From: a virus
Taxonomy: Duplodnaviria; Caudoviricetes
Reading direction: 5' to 3' (one strand)
IMG/VR virus record: IMGVR_UViG_3300012940_000041
Location: 1 to 45,736 of that record
Length of the DNA: 45,736 bases
The notes beneath the pieces are model-generated. The model did no database searches, was not told the origin of the DNA, and saw only the letters and a list, made by a program, of their open reading frames with translations. Positions 24,058-33,463 of the stretch are shown piece after piece (position 1 is the first letter of the stretch; each line of letters starts with the position of its first letter). The translations under genes and the position numbers were made by a program.

Positions 24058-26669
24058 TGTTCATCAGCAGCATTCGATCGGAGGCGGACGACCGTTCGCC
24101 GGCTGGTCGCTTTTGGTTCGAGCCGATCGGCATGCGCACGGCTGCCGGTGTGCGAGTAACCCCGGCGTCTGCCATGGCGCTCCCGGCTGTGTTCGCGTGC
24201 GTTCGCGTACTCGCGGAATCGTTCGCGATCATGCCGTTCATGTTGTACCGCCCGAACGAAAACGGCGGCCGTGCGAAGGTGCGAAATCACTGGTTGTATC
24301 GTCTGATTGCCAAGGCACCAAACCGGTTTCAGTCGCCCTACGAGTGGCGACTGATGATGCAGGGGCATCTCGCGCTGCGCGGCAACGCGTTCAACCAAAT
24401 CACGGCGAATAGTCGAGGAGAGATTACAGAGCTACTACCGCTGCACCCGGACAGAATGTCCGTCGAAATGCTGTCGAACGGTAGCTATCGGTACGTCTAT
24501 CTCGACCAGGACGGACGTTCCATCACGTACAGCAGGCACGAAATCTGGCACCTACGGGGCATGAGTGATGACGGCCTGATGGGCATGAGCCCGATCGGCT
24601 TGGCGCGCGAAGCAATAGGCGAGGGTCTGGCGATCCAGTCCTATTCCAGCCGATTCTTCACGAATGACGCAAAGCCGGGTGGCGGATGGATCGAGTATCC
24701 CGGGTCTTTTGCGACGAACGAGGCAAAGAAAAAGTTCCGCGAGTCCTGGCAGGAGCTGCAGGGCGGATCGAACCGCGGGAAGGTCGCGGTGCTCGAGAAG
24801 GGCATGAAGTTCCATGAGCTCGGCTTGTCGAACAAAGACAGTCAGTTCATTGAGGCTCGGGGCGCAAAGGTCACCGAGATTGCCCGGATTTTCCGCGTGC
24901 CGCCGCACAAGATCATGGATCTGGCACGGTGCATGCCGGGCGACACACTCGTCTTTACCAGCACCGGGCCAAAGCCGATCGCCAGCGTGCTCCCAGGCGA
25001 GAAGGTATGGAGTCCGACTCCGACCGGGCCGAAGCTCTGCACAGTGCTGAACAACTGGTATAACGGCGTGCGCGAGACGCTGGAGATTCGCACCACGAAC
25101 CGGACAGTCCGATGCACAGCAAATCACCGACTGCTGGTGCGCCGCGCCCACGAACGCGACCTAAATCCTGGCGAAACCGGTGGGAAGAACGTCGGCGGAA
25201 AGAAGAAGCGCGTGGTTTGGCGTAATGAATATGTGATGGCGGGAGAGCTGCGCGAGGGCGATACTCTCGTGACGCTCGATCGACTGCCTAGCCAAGGCCG
25301 CACCATCTCGCCCACCGGTCGCGTTCTGACCGAGGGGTTCATGGAGTTCGCCGGTCTGCTGATGGCGGACGGCAATGTGAAGTACCAGAATGGAAAGCCA
25401 TCGCACGTGTCCATTGCGCGCGCAGACACTGCCAGTTACATGCCGCATTATCGCCATGTTATGCGCTCGGAATTCACGCGCTGTGCCACCGGTGGAATTT
25501 ACGCATCGGCGTCTCCGCTGCGAGCACCTGTTCATTTGACGGAGGGTGCGAGGTGCACGATCTTCGCGTCGGTTGAAGAGGCGGGCGCGTTGTTCAAAAT
25601 GGGATTTGCCGGGACCGCTTTCACGAAACGCATACCCGGCTGGGTGTTCGAGACGAGCGAGGATCACCGCCTCGCCTTCTTGCGCGGATTCCTTGATGGC
25701 GACGGAACCGTCGATGCGAAGGGTCGGATCACGTACTACTCCGCGAACAAGGCGCTACTGGATGACGTGCGTCATCTGTGCATGAGTGCTGGCGTTCCTG
25801 TGACGAACGTGCGGTCTGACGTGAATCGCAAACCGGCGCCAGGATCGAAGCATTTGGTGCCAACGCGGATGTGGCGCTTCACATGTTCAGATCCTGGCGC
25901 GAATGCGCGCATCGGATCCCACGACGCTCGGTACATCGAGCGCCTACAGTCTGGCAAACCGTTCGGGCGCAAGGACCGGGCTTATCCGCGATTCGGCGGA
26001 AAGAACTTCGCCGCACCAGGTCTCGCACTTTCGCGAATCATTAGCATTGAGAAGTGCCCCGCAGAAGCCGTATATGACATCGAGGTAGAGGGTGAGCACT
26101 GCTTCTTTGCCGACGGTGTTGCATCGCACAACAGCACCAACAACAACATCGAGCATCAGGGTATCGAGTTCTGGACTGACACGATGTTGCCGTGGGCGAC
26201 GCTGTGGGAATCCTCGATCGGATTCTTCCTGCTCGGTCCGGACGAGGACCTGGAGCCGGATTTTGATCACAAGCCGATGATGCGCGGCGATGGCCAGGCC
26301 AGAGCCGAACGAATCAGCAAACTTGTTACTGCGGGCGTGATGACGCGGAACGAAGGCCGGGAGGAAGAGGGGTACGACCCGATCGATGGACTGGATGAAC
26401 CGCTGCGCCCGTTGAACATGGTGAGCGAAGACGTTGCCGACGATACTGAGGATCAATCGAGCTCTGCACGGATGCGCGCGCTGCTGCACAGCAATGCGTC
26501 TCGCATGGCTCGGCGCCTCGCTGCCGGCAAGCCGGTATCTGCCGAGACGCTGGCCGACGCCTTGGCCATCAGCACCCCGTGCGCAGATTCCTGGCTTTCG
26601 CTCGACCGAACCGGCCTCACTGAAGATGAACTGACCGCCTCCCTATTGGAGCTTGGAGAAACCGCATGA
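24057..26669 (+). CDS. HK97-family portal protein containing an intein
   Basis: AVFACVRVLAES, LRGNAF, GMSPI, EIARIFRVPPH, MTRNEGR. Confidence 0.95.
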   Translation: MFISSIRSEADDRSPAGRFWFEPIGMRTAAGVRVTPASAMALPAVFACVRVLAESFAIMPFMLYRPNENGGRAKVRNHWLYRLIAKAPNRFQSPYEWRLMMQGHLALRGNAFNQITANSRGEITELLPLHPDRMSVEMLSNGSYRYVYLDQDGRSITYSRHEIWHLRGMSDDGLMGMSPIGLAREAIGEGLAIQSYSSRFFTNDAKPGGGWIEYPGSFATNEAKKKFRESWQELQGGSNRGKVAVLEKGMKFHELGLSNKDSQFIEARGAKVTEIARIFRVPPHKIMDLARCMPGDTLVFTSTGPKPIASVLPGEKVWSPTPTGPKLCTVLNNWYNGVRETLEIRTTNRTVRCTANHRLLVRRAHERDLNPGETGGKNVGGKKKRVVWRNEYVMAGELREGDTLVTLDRLPSQGRTISPTGRVLTEGFMEFAGLLMADGNVKYQNGKPSHVSIARADTASYMPHYRHVMRSEFTRCATGGIYASASPLRAPVHLTEGARCTIFASVEEAGALFKMGFAGTAFTKRIPGWVFETSEDHRLAFLRGFLDGDGTVDAKGRITYYSANKALLDDVRHLCMSAGVPVTNVRSDVNRKPAPGSKHLVPTRMWRFTCSDPGANARIGSHDARYIERLQSGKPFGRKDRAYPRFGGKNFAAPGLALSRIISIEKCPAEAVYDIEVEGEHCFFADGVASHNSTNNNIEHQGIEFWTDTMLPWATLWESSIGFFLLGPDEDLEPDFDHKPMMRGDGQARAERISKLVTAGVMTRNEGREEEGYDPIDGLDEPLRPLNMVSEDVADDTEDQSSSARMRALLHSNASRMARRLAAGKPVSAETLADALAISTPCADSWLSLDRTGLTEDELTASLLELGETA
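24930..26132 (+). mobile_element. Intein with LAGLIDADG homing endonuclease (401 aa)
   Basis: R|CMPGDT, TANHRLL block B, FAGLLMADG and FLRGFLDGDG, VYDIEV...SHN|S. Confidence 0.95.
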
Positions 26670-27601
26670 ACCATCACCTGATCGCCTTTGCACTTTCGCA
26701 GCCCTGGGCCTTGCGGCCGGAAGTCATGGCCGCCTACGCTGCCGTGCTGGCCCGCCGGGTGGCAACCAAGGAGGGCATCGTTCCGCGGGTGCCGCGGGCG
26801 ATGGAGGATGAGGGTATCGAGCCGCCCGGTCCTACCACGGTCATGTCAAAGGTCGGCGGCGGCGAAACGCGCGGCGGTTCTATCGCAGTCATCCCGATCA
26901 GGGGCACGATTGTTCAGCGGGCCGACCAGCTCGGCCTCTGCGAAGGTGGCACCAGCACCGAGGACATCAGCCAGGCGCTGCGCATGGCGATGTCCGATCC
27001 TGCCGTCAGCCAGGTGATTCTGCATCAGCACAGCCCTGGCGGGAGTGTCTACGGGGTGCAGGAGCTGGGCGAGGAAATTCGCGAGGCACGCAAGGAAAAG
27101 CCGATCGTCGGTTTCGTCTCCAGCCTGTCGGCCAGTGCCTGTTACTGGATCGGCGCGCAGTGCAGCGAGCTTTACGTCACGCCCGGCGGGGAGGTGGGTT
27201 CGATTGGTGTGTGGAGCGCCCATCAGAACATCAAGGCCTATCTCGAGAAGGAGGGCGTGGATATCAAACTGATTTCCGCTGGCAAATTCAAAACCGAAGG
27301 GCATCCTTACGACGCCCTGTCGGAAGAGGCCGAGGCGTTCATGCAGTCCCGCGTCAATGACTACTACGCTGCATTCACCGAGGCAGTGGCCAAGGGCCGC
27401 GGAGTGCCGGTGAGTCAGGTCCGCGAGGGCATGGGGCAGGGCCGGGTTCTGGGCGCGCAGGCGGCGCTGGCGGAGAAGATGGTGGACGGCGTCATGACCT
27501 TCCAGGAAGTGATCCGAAAGATGCAGCGCGACGCAAGGTCCGCGCGCCCCGGTCGCTCGGCGCGCGCCAATGCCAACGAAATCGAACTTCTCTCTCTGTA
27601 A
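26666..27601 (+). CDS. S49 family prohead protease
   Basis: HSPGGSV, SASACYWI, VGSIGV, AGKFK. Confidence 0.92.
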   Translation: MNHHLIAFALSQPWALRPEVMAAYAAVLARRVATKEGIVPRVPRAMEDEGIEPPGPTTVMSKVGGGETRGGSIAVIPIRGTIVQRADQLGLCEGGTSTEDISQALRMAMSDPAVSQVILHQHSPGGSVYGVQELGEEIREARKEKPIVGFVSSLSASACYWIGAQCSELYVTPGGEVGSIGVWSAHQNIKAYLEKEGVDIKLISAGKFKTEGHPYDALSEEAEAFMQSRVNDYYAAFTEAVAKGRGVPVSQVREGMGQGRVLGAQAALAEKMVDGVMTFQEVIRKMQRDARSARPGRSARANANEIELLSL

Positions 27602-27754
27602 TGAATTCAGGGCTGGCACGGCCCACCCGCAGGAGGATCCGTTGATCTGACCGCGTGGCCCCATTGGGCCGTTGTGCAACCCCAGCAACCCGCTTCGGCG
27701 GGTTTTTTCATTTCTGGCCGCCTTCGGGCGGCTTTTGTATTTGGAGAACCAAAA

Positions 27755-29140
27755 ATGTCTACCAAGCTCCGTGCTCTGCAGGCGAAGAAGGCCGAACTGG
27801 TCGCAGCCGCCCGCAAGTTCAACGATGAAACCGATGCCAAGGCTCAAGCCGAGAATCGCGCCTGGACCGACGAAGAGCAGCAGCAGTACGCCGCCATGCG
27901 TGACAGTATCGCCGCAACCAGCGCAGCGATCGACCGAGAACAGGCCCTGATCGCGGAAGAAGCCGGCCTGAACGCCGTTGCCCAGATGGCCGGGGGTGCA
28001 GTTGGGCAGAACGCCCCGCCTTCGGCTGGCGGCGTTCCGATTCCGACCGGCGCGCGCATCAGCGTCGAAGAAAACTCGGATCGCGACCCGAACCGCGGAT
28101 TCCGCAGCCTTGGCGAGTACGCGATGGCTGTACGCGGCGCAGCGTTCTCCCAGCGCACTGGCCAGCCGATGGACCAACGCCTTGCCGCACTCGGAGGCAT
28201 GCAAGCTGCGGCCCCGAGCACATTCGGTGGCGAGAGCAACGGTGCGGACGGCGGTTTCCTGATCCCACCCGGCTTTTCCACGAACCTGTGGACCCTGTCG
28301 CTCGAAGAGCAGGCCCTGTTGCCGCTGACCGACCGCCTGCCGGTCTCTGGCAACAGCATGTCCATCCCGAAGGATGAAACCACGCCTTGGGGCTCCAACG
28401 GCATCCGCGCCTACTGGCAAGGTGAGGCGACGGCCGGCACGCCGACCAAGCCGGTGCTCGGCCGCACGGAGCTGAAGCTGAAAAAGCTGATGGCACTGGT
28501 GCCGATGTCGGACGAGCTGATGAACGACGCGGTCGCACTCGGTGCTTACCTGACGCCGAACATGGCCCGCTCGATCCGCTGGAAGACCGACGAGGCTGTT
28601 CTGTTCGGTAGCGGTGCTGGCGTGCCGTTCGGCGCGCTGTCGGGCGGCGCCGTCGTCACCGTGGACAAGGAAACCGATCAGGCGGCTGCCACCTTCAACG
28701 TCACCAATGCGTCGAAGATGATCGCTCGCTTGCTGCCCGGCTCCTACGGCCGCGCGGTCTGGCTGATCAACAACGACGTGCTGCCGCAGTTGTTCACCAT
28801 GGTGCTGGGGAACGTGCCGGTCTACCTGCCAGCGAGCGAGGGCGCCAAGTCCAACCCCTACGGCACGCTTATGGGCCGGCCGGTCATCGTCACCCAGCAC
28901 GCGAAGTCAATAGGCACGCAGGGCGATGTGTCGCTGGTCGATTTGAGCCAGTACCAGTCGATCGAGAGCAAGGGCGGCATACAGACGGCGACCTCCATGC
29001 ACCTGTACTTCGATGCAGATGCCGTGGCGTTCCGCGCAACCTTCCGCGTGGATGGTCAGCCGAAGCTGGCTGCACCGGTGTCGCCGGCCAACGGCAGCAA
29101 CACCCTGTCGCCGTTCGTCCAACTCCAGACCCGCTCGTAA
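27755..29140 (+). CDS. Major capsid protein (HK97 fold)
   Basis: GGAG RBS, coiled-coil delta domain, DGGFLIP, W.GE, LMGRPV, FRATFRVDG. Confidence 0.95.
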   Translation: MSTKLRALQAKKAELVAAARKFNDETDAKAQAENRAWTDEEQQQYAAMRDSIAATSAAIDREQALIAEEAGLNAVAQMAGGAVGQNAPPSAGGVPIPTGARISVEENSDRDPNRGFRSLGEYAMAVRGAAFSQRTGQPMDQRLAALGGMQAAAPSTFGGESNGADGGFLIPPGFSTNLWTLSLEEQALLPLTDRLPVSGNSMSIPKDETTPWGSNGIRAYWQGEATAGTPTKPVLGRTELKLKKLMALVPMSDELMNDAVALGAYLTPNMARSIRWKTDEAVLFGSGAGVPFGALSGGAVVTVDKETDQAAATFNVTNASKMIARLLPGSYGRAVWLINNDVLPQLFTMVLGNVPVYLPASEGAKSNPYGTLMGRPVIVTQHAKSIGTQGDVSLVDLSQYQSIESKGGIQTATSMHLYFDADAVAFRATFRVDGQPKLAAPVSPANGSNTLSPFVQLQTRS

Positions 29141-29220
29141 CCAGAGCAGCCCTGATGTAGCCGCGGGCCTCATGCTCGCGGCACATCCACCGCATTCCCG
29201 CTTACTTCAAGGAGAACATC

Positions 29221-29664
29221 ATGAACGTCAACGCTGGCGCCGGCGAAAAGCTGGCACTCGTGGGCACAATCGATCCGCAGACCGTGGCCAATACCGAAAA
29301 ATTCACGGACGTGGTCGACATGTCCGAGTTCCATCAGGTTCTTGCCATTGCCATGCTGGGTGATATGGCCGCCGAAACCATCGATTTCACGGCCTACATC
29401 TGTGATTCCGACGGCAGCAATGCGACCGAACTGAAGGCGGCAGCCCAACTTTCCGCCCACGCGTCGGACAACGACAACAAGCAGATCGCCATTCAGGTTC
29501 GAGCCGATGAACTCGGCCCGCTCGGCAAGCGCTATGTCAAGTTCGGCCTCGTCACCGGCAACACCACCGGTGGCGCTGCTTCCGTGGCCGTGATCGGTGT
29601 GGATGGCCGCTACCAGCCGGAAGCTGACAACGACCTGTCCAGCGTGGTGCAGATCAAGACCTGA
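29221..29664 (+). CDS. Putative head decoration/structural protein
   Basis: Follows the capsid gene; AAGGAG RBS; VDMSEF...RYVK beta-rich pattern. Confidence 0.65.
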   Translation: MNVNAGAGEKLALVGTIDPQTVANTEKFTDVVDMSEFHQVLAIAMLGDMAAETIDFTAYICDSDGSNATELKAAAQLSAHASDNDNKQIAIQVRADELGPLGKRYVKFGLVTGNTTGGAASVAVIGVDGRYQPEADNDLSSVVQIKT

Positions 29665-29734
29665 TCTGGTGCGCAACAAATGAAGGCGGCGCCGCAATGG
29701 CCCGCCTTCACTTCCAATCACACGGAGAACCGAC

Positions 29735-29968
29735 ATGAAGAAAGCCAAATTCCTGGTCTCGCACTTTGACGCCGGCACCGAGAAATTCAAAGCAGGCCAT
29801 GCGTATGACCTGACTGATGAAACGCGCTTGTGCATCAAGCGTGGTGCAGCCGTGGAAGTGGACGTGCCTGACGAGACGCCGACTGAGCAGAAAGCCGGCA
29901 ATGGCGAAAGCACGCAGGACAATCAGCCGGTCGCCACCGCGCAGCCCGCCACGAAGTCGAAAAAGTAA
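29735..29968 (+). CDS. Hypothetical head-associated protein
   Basis: GGAG RBS, position. Confidence 0.6.
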   Translation: MKKAKFLVSHFDAGTEKFKAGHAYDLTDETRLCIKRGAAVEVDVPDETPTEQKAGNGESTQDNQPVATAQPATKSKK

Positions 29969-29986
29969 CGCAATCGGAGCGCCCGC

Positions 29987-30589
29987 GTGTTGGTCCAGAT
30001 TACTCCGCCCGCCATCGAACCGGTGAGGCTGCAGGACGCCCGCCTGCAGGTGAGATTGACTACCGACGATCCGGTAACGGAGGATGCGCTGATCAAGCTG
30101 TACATCAGCGCGGCGCGTCGGCACGCCGAGGCCTACACCGGCCGAAGCTTTATCACACAGCGTTGGCGCCTGGTGCTTGACGGCTTCCCGCGCTGTATCG
30201 AGCTTGAGCGCGGAGATGTGCAGCGTATCGACTCGATCACCTACCGTGACATGACCGGCGCCACGCAAGTCGTGGCGTGGGATGAGCCCACCAGTTCTGT
30301 GCAGCGCTCAAGCGACGGCACGATGGTCGCCGACATTTCTGGCGGGGTGGCTCGAATCACCCCTGCGTTCGGCTGTGTGTGGCCGGTCGCTGTCCCGGAA
30401 ATCGGAGCCGTAGCGGTCGCGTACACCGCCGGATATGGCGGTGAGGAAGATGTGCCCGAAGGCATCAAAAGCTGGATTTTGCTGCGAGTAGCCCGGCTGC
30501 ATGCCGATCGCGAGGAGATTGTCGACGGACAGGCGCCGTCGAGCTATCTCGACGGGCTCCTTGATCCCTACAGCATTCTGCGTGCATGA
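29987..30589 (+). CDS. Head-tail connector (gp6-like)
   Basis: EPV.L..AR, EDALI..YISAAR..AE.YTGR, YTAGYG..VP. Confidence 0.9.
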   Translation: MLVQITPPAIEPVRLQDARLQVRLTTDDPVTEDALIKLYISAARRHAEAYTGRSFITQRWRLVLDGFPRCIELERGDVQRIDSITYRDMTGATQVVAWDEPTSSVQRSSDGTMVADISGGVARITPAFGCVWPVAVPEIGAVAVAYTAGYGGEEDVPEGIKSWILLRVARLHADREEIVDGQAPSSYLDGLLDPYSILRA

Positions 30590-30915
30590 AATCCATGAAA
30601 GCAGGGCAGTTCAGTAGCCTGGTCACGGTCCAGCAGCGTGCGAGTGGCCAGGACCCGGCCGGTCAGCCGTTGATAACCTGGGAAAAGGTCGCGTCAGTAT
30701 GGGCCAACATCCGGCATCGTAGCGGGTTGGAAGCGATCAAGGCCGACGCAGATACCTCGATCGTGAAAGCCAGCATCCGCATCCGGTACCGAGACGGTAT
30801 CAACGCCGGCATGCGCGTACTGCATGGCGCAACGATCTACGACATCAAGGCCGTGCTGCCGGACGTAGCAAAAAAAGAGCATCTGGACCTGATTTGCGAG
30901 GTGGTCAATGGCTGA
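30586..30915 (+). CDS. Head closure protein
   Basis: AG.....VTVQ, W...VWA.I, IRYRDGI.AGMRV. Confidence 0.9.
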   Translation: MKSMKAGQFSSLVTVQQRASGQDPAGQPLITWEKVASVWANIRHRSGLEAIKADADTSIVKASIRIRYRDGINAGMRVLHGATIYDIKAVLPDVAKKEHLDLICEVVNG

Positions 30916-31366
30916 CGCATTCAGCATCAAGTTCGATGATTCAAGCTTGAGCGTGGCGCTTGATGAGATCGAGCAGAGGTCCGGGGAGTGTGTGCGGCCG
31001 GCAGCGCAGGCGGGGGCATCTGTCCTTTACAGCGAAGCGAAGTTCCGCGCGCCGGTCAGCGAGGGGGCGCATTATTTCTACGGTACGCATCAGAAGTACC
31101 TGTTTCCGGCCGGGACGCTACGCGACAGCATCTACCACGCCTACTCTGAAGACAATTCAAAGGCTGGGCGCTCGGCCACGTATCACATCGCCTGGAACCA
31201 CAGCAAGGCCCCGTACGGCTTCATGGTCGAATTTGGCACAAGTCGTGCGCCGGCCCACCCGTTCCTGCGACCTGCATACGATGCTACGCGTGATCTCGCG
31301 CTTACCGTGGCGCGTGACAAGTACCTGTCCTTGATGGAAGAAGCGATCCCGGAGCTGACGAGATGA
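30908..31366 (+). CDS. HK97 gp10-family tail protein
   Basis: EFGTSRAPAHPFLRPA. Confidence 0.9.
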   Translation: MADAFSIKFDDSSLSVALDEIEQRSGECVRPAAQAGASVLYSEAKFRAPVSEGAHYFYGTHQKYLFPAGTLRDSIYHAYSEDNSKAGRSATYHIAWNHSKAPYGFMVEFGTSRAPAHPFLRPAYDATRDLALTVARDKYLSLMEEAIPELTR

Positions 31367-31722
31367 CGATCGAAACGACCATCGTCGACGTGCTGAAAGG
31401 GCTGGTGCAAGACGCAGACGGCACTGTCCGCATCTTCCCCGATGTTGCCGAATTCGGAACGCCACCCCCATATATCACCTACCAGCAGGTAGGCGGCGCG
31501 GCGCTGAACTTCCTAGAGGCTGCACCGCCCGGCAAGCGCAACGGGCGATTCCAGCTGAACTGCTGGGCCGGCTCGCGGATAGATGCATCAGAGTTGGGGC
31601 GGCAAGTCGAGGATGCGCTTGTAACTGCCCTCGGGGCGTACGTCCTCGGCGCTGCGGTAGCGGCTTATGAGCCGGATACCAAGCTCTATGGCACACGCCA
31701 GGATTTCAGCATCTGGTTCTAG
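31363..31722 (+). CDS. Tail terminator (DUF3168-like)
   Basis: PPYITYQ.VGG, FQLNCWA. Confidence 0.85.
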   Translation: MTIETTIVDVLKGLVQDADGTVRIFPDVAEFGTPPPYITYQQVGGAALNFLEAAPPGKRNGRFQLNCWAGSRIDASELGRQVEDALVTALGAYVLGAAVAAYEPDTKLYGTRQDFSIWF

Positions 31723-31805
31723 TTTCATCCTGCCCGTTCGGGCAATTTTCAACCGGCCCAACTGGCCGGCTTTTTTCCAACCTCACTCCATGGAGTCTCG
31801 TTGAA

Positions 31806-31985
31806 ATGAGTACAGAGAAGACTCGCCTTTTGCGGGCGGCAAAAGAGTTCGAGGATGCGCTGAATGCTGCGGCCATCCCAGTCGATGTTCACGTTAATCA
31901 AATTAGCGGAATGAGAATCGGAGACGCTCGCGAGCAGGTTGTTTATCAAATCGAAATCCGTTCTAACGAAAGGCTTTATCCATGA
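31806..31985 (+). CDS. Small hypothetical protein (59 aa)
   Basis: GGAG RBS, lower GC. Confidence 0.45.
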   Translation: MSTEKTRLLRAAKEFEDALNAAAIPVDVHVNQISGMRIGDAREQVVYQIEIRSNERLYP

Positions 31986-32074
31986 GCCATGCAACTAAAG
32001 AACTGCACGAAACACTGATCCGCTTGCTCAAGGGGTGCTTGAGCGCATGGGAAAAGTGGCTCGCTAAACAGTAG
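31982..32074 (+). CDS. Small amphipathic peptide (30 aa)
   Basis: ATGA-coupled; MSHATKELHETLIRLLKGCLSAWEKWLAKQ. Confidence 0.45.
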   Translation: MSHATKELHETLIRLLKGCLSAWEKWLAKQ

Positions 32075-32175
32075 TCAATAAAGCTGCCTCGCGGTGCGCA
32101 ATGAGAAGCGCGCACCAAATGCCTCGCAGAAATCAACCGGCCCATCAGCGGCCATTTTTTTTGTGAGGAAATCAA

Positions 32176-32826
32176 ATGTCTGTCTCTCTCCCGAACGGCG
32201 CAATTGTCGCCATTGCAAGCGGATACGGCGATTCGAAGACGATGTCCGCACTCACCAACGCAAATCCGGCCGTCGCGACCCTCGAAGCGTCTCATGGGGT
32301 GGCAGAAGGCGACTTCCTAGAAGTCACTTCCGGCTGGTCGCGCCTGACCGAAAAGATCGTCCGCGCCGGTACTGTTTCTACCAATGACGTCGAGCTTGAA
32401 AATTACGACACATCGTCCGAGAGCATCTACCCGGCCGGCACCGGCGCGGGCTCCGTGCGCAAGATCACTGGCTGGACTCAGTTGTCTCAGATTCTGAGCT
32501 CCAGCTCGAACGGTGGCGAACAGCAATTCCTTGAATATCAGTTCCTGGAAGCGGACGCCCAGAAGCGCATCCCCACGTTCAAGAGTGCTTCCGGACTGTC
32601 CTTCTCCGTCGCCGATGACCCAGCACAAGCAGGTTTCATTCTGGCTTCCCAGGCAAATGACGACCGCCTGCCGCGCGCTGTGCGCATCACCCTGCCGAGC
32701 GGCGCAATCATCCTCTACAACGCGTACATCTCGCTCAACAAGACCCCGTCGCTCACGGTGAACGAGCTGATGGCCGTGCAGGTCACGCTGTCCCTGCTCA
32801 ACGAACCCGTTCGATACGCAGCGTAA
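32176..32826 (+). CDS. Major tail tube protein
   Basis: MSVSLPNG...TSGWSRL...GGEQQF pattern; position. Confidence 0.9.
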   Translation: MSVSLPNGAIVAIASGYGDSKTMSALTNANPAVATLEASHGVAEGDFLEVTSGWSRLTEKIVRAGTVSTNDVELENYDTSSESIYPAGTGAGSVRKITGWTQLSQILSSSSNGGEQQFLEYQFLEADAQKRIPTFKSASGLSFSVADDPAQAGFILASQANDDRLPRAVRITLPSGAIILYNAYISLNKTPSLTVNELMAVQVTLSLLNEPVRYAA

Positions 32827-32828
32827 TC

Positions 32829-33140
32829 ATGGCAAAGCTTTCACTTAAGGCAAATCCCACCTTTTCGGCGAAGGTGGGCATTCCGAAACACGGTTCCACG
32901 CCTGTCGAGATTCAGTTCACCTTCAAGCACAGGACCAGCAAAGACTTCAGTGACTGGCTGAAGTCACTCGACGGCAAGGACAAAGCCGAGGCGGTGCTTG
33001 AAATGGCCGAAGGATGGGAACTCGAAGATGAGTTCAGCACCGACAACATCCGCGTGCTCTTGTCGAACTACATGGGCGCCTTCCAGGCAATTCTGGACAC
33101 GTACATGAAGGAGTTGACTCAGGCCCGCTTGGGAAACTGA
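32829..33140 (+). CDS. Tail assembly chaperone (G)
   Basis: PTF.AKV.IP, FTFKHR, ends RLGN at a GGGAAAC slippery site. Confidence 0.9.
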   Translation: MAKLSLKANPTFSAKVGIPKHGSTPVEIQFTFKHRTSKDFSDWLKSLDGKDKAEAVLEMAEGWELEDEFSTDNIRVLLSNYMGAFQAILDTYMKELTQARLGN

Positions 33141-33454
33141 GAGAGGCGGCCCGCCGGCTCTATACCAAGCCTCCGACTGAAGAGGAGGCGAGAGCCTTTG
33201 GCTTTACCGTGGAAGAAGCCAGCGGACCGCCAGTAGAACTGTGGCCGGACAACGCGCAATCAGTGAACGTGTTCATGGCTATGTCGACCCAATGGCGCAT
33301 GGGCCCGATCGGGCCGAGCGGATTGGACTACAACGTGCTGCCGGAAGTCTGGCGCCGCCTAAAGGTGGCGCCAGTAGACCGAGACCAGGTGTTCCAGGAT
33401 CTGATGGCGATGGAAGACGAGGCGTTGCGCGTGATGCGTGAGAAGAAGGACTGA
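33131..33454 (+). CDS. Tail assembly chaperone extension (T), reached by -1 frameshift
   Basis: The -1 frame is open from G GGA AAC; WPDN...TQWR...GLDY...ME..AL. Confidence 0.85.
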   Translation, partial: GKLREAARRLYTKPPTEEEARAFGFTVEEASGPPVELWPDNAQSVNVFMAMSTQWRMGPIGPSGLDYNVLPEVWRRLKVAPVDRDQVFQDLMAMEDEALRVMREKKD

Positions 33455-33463
33455 GGAAAGCGA

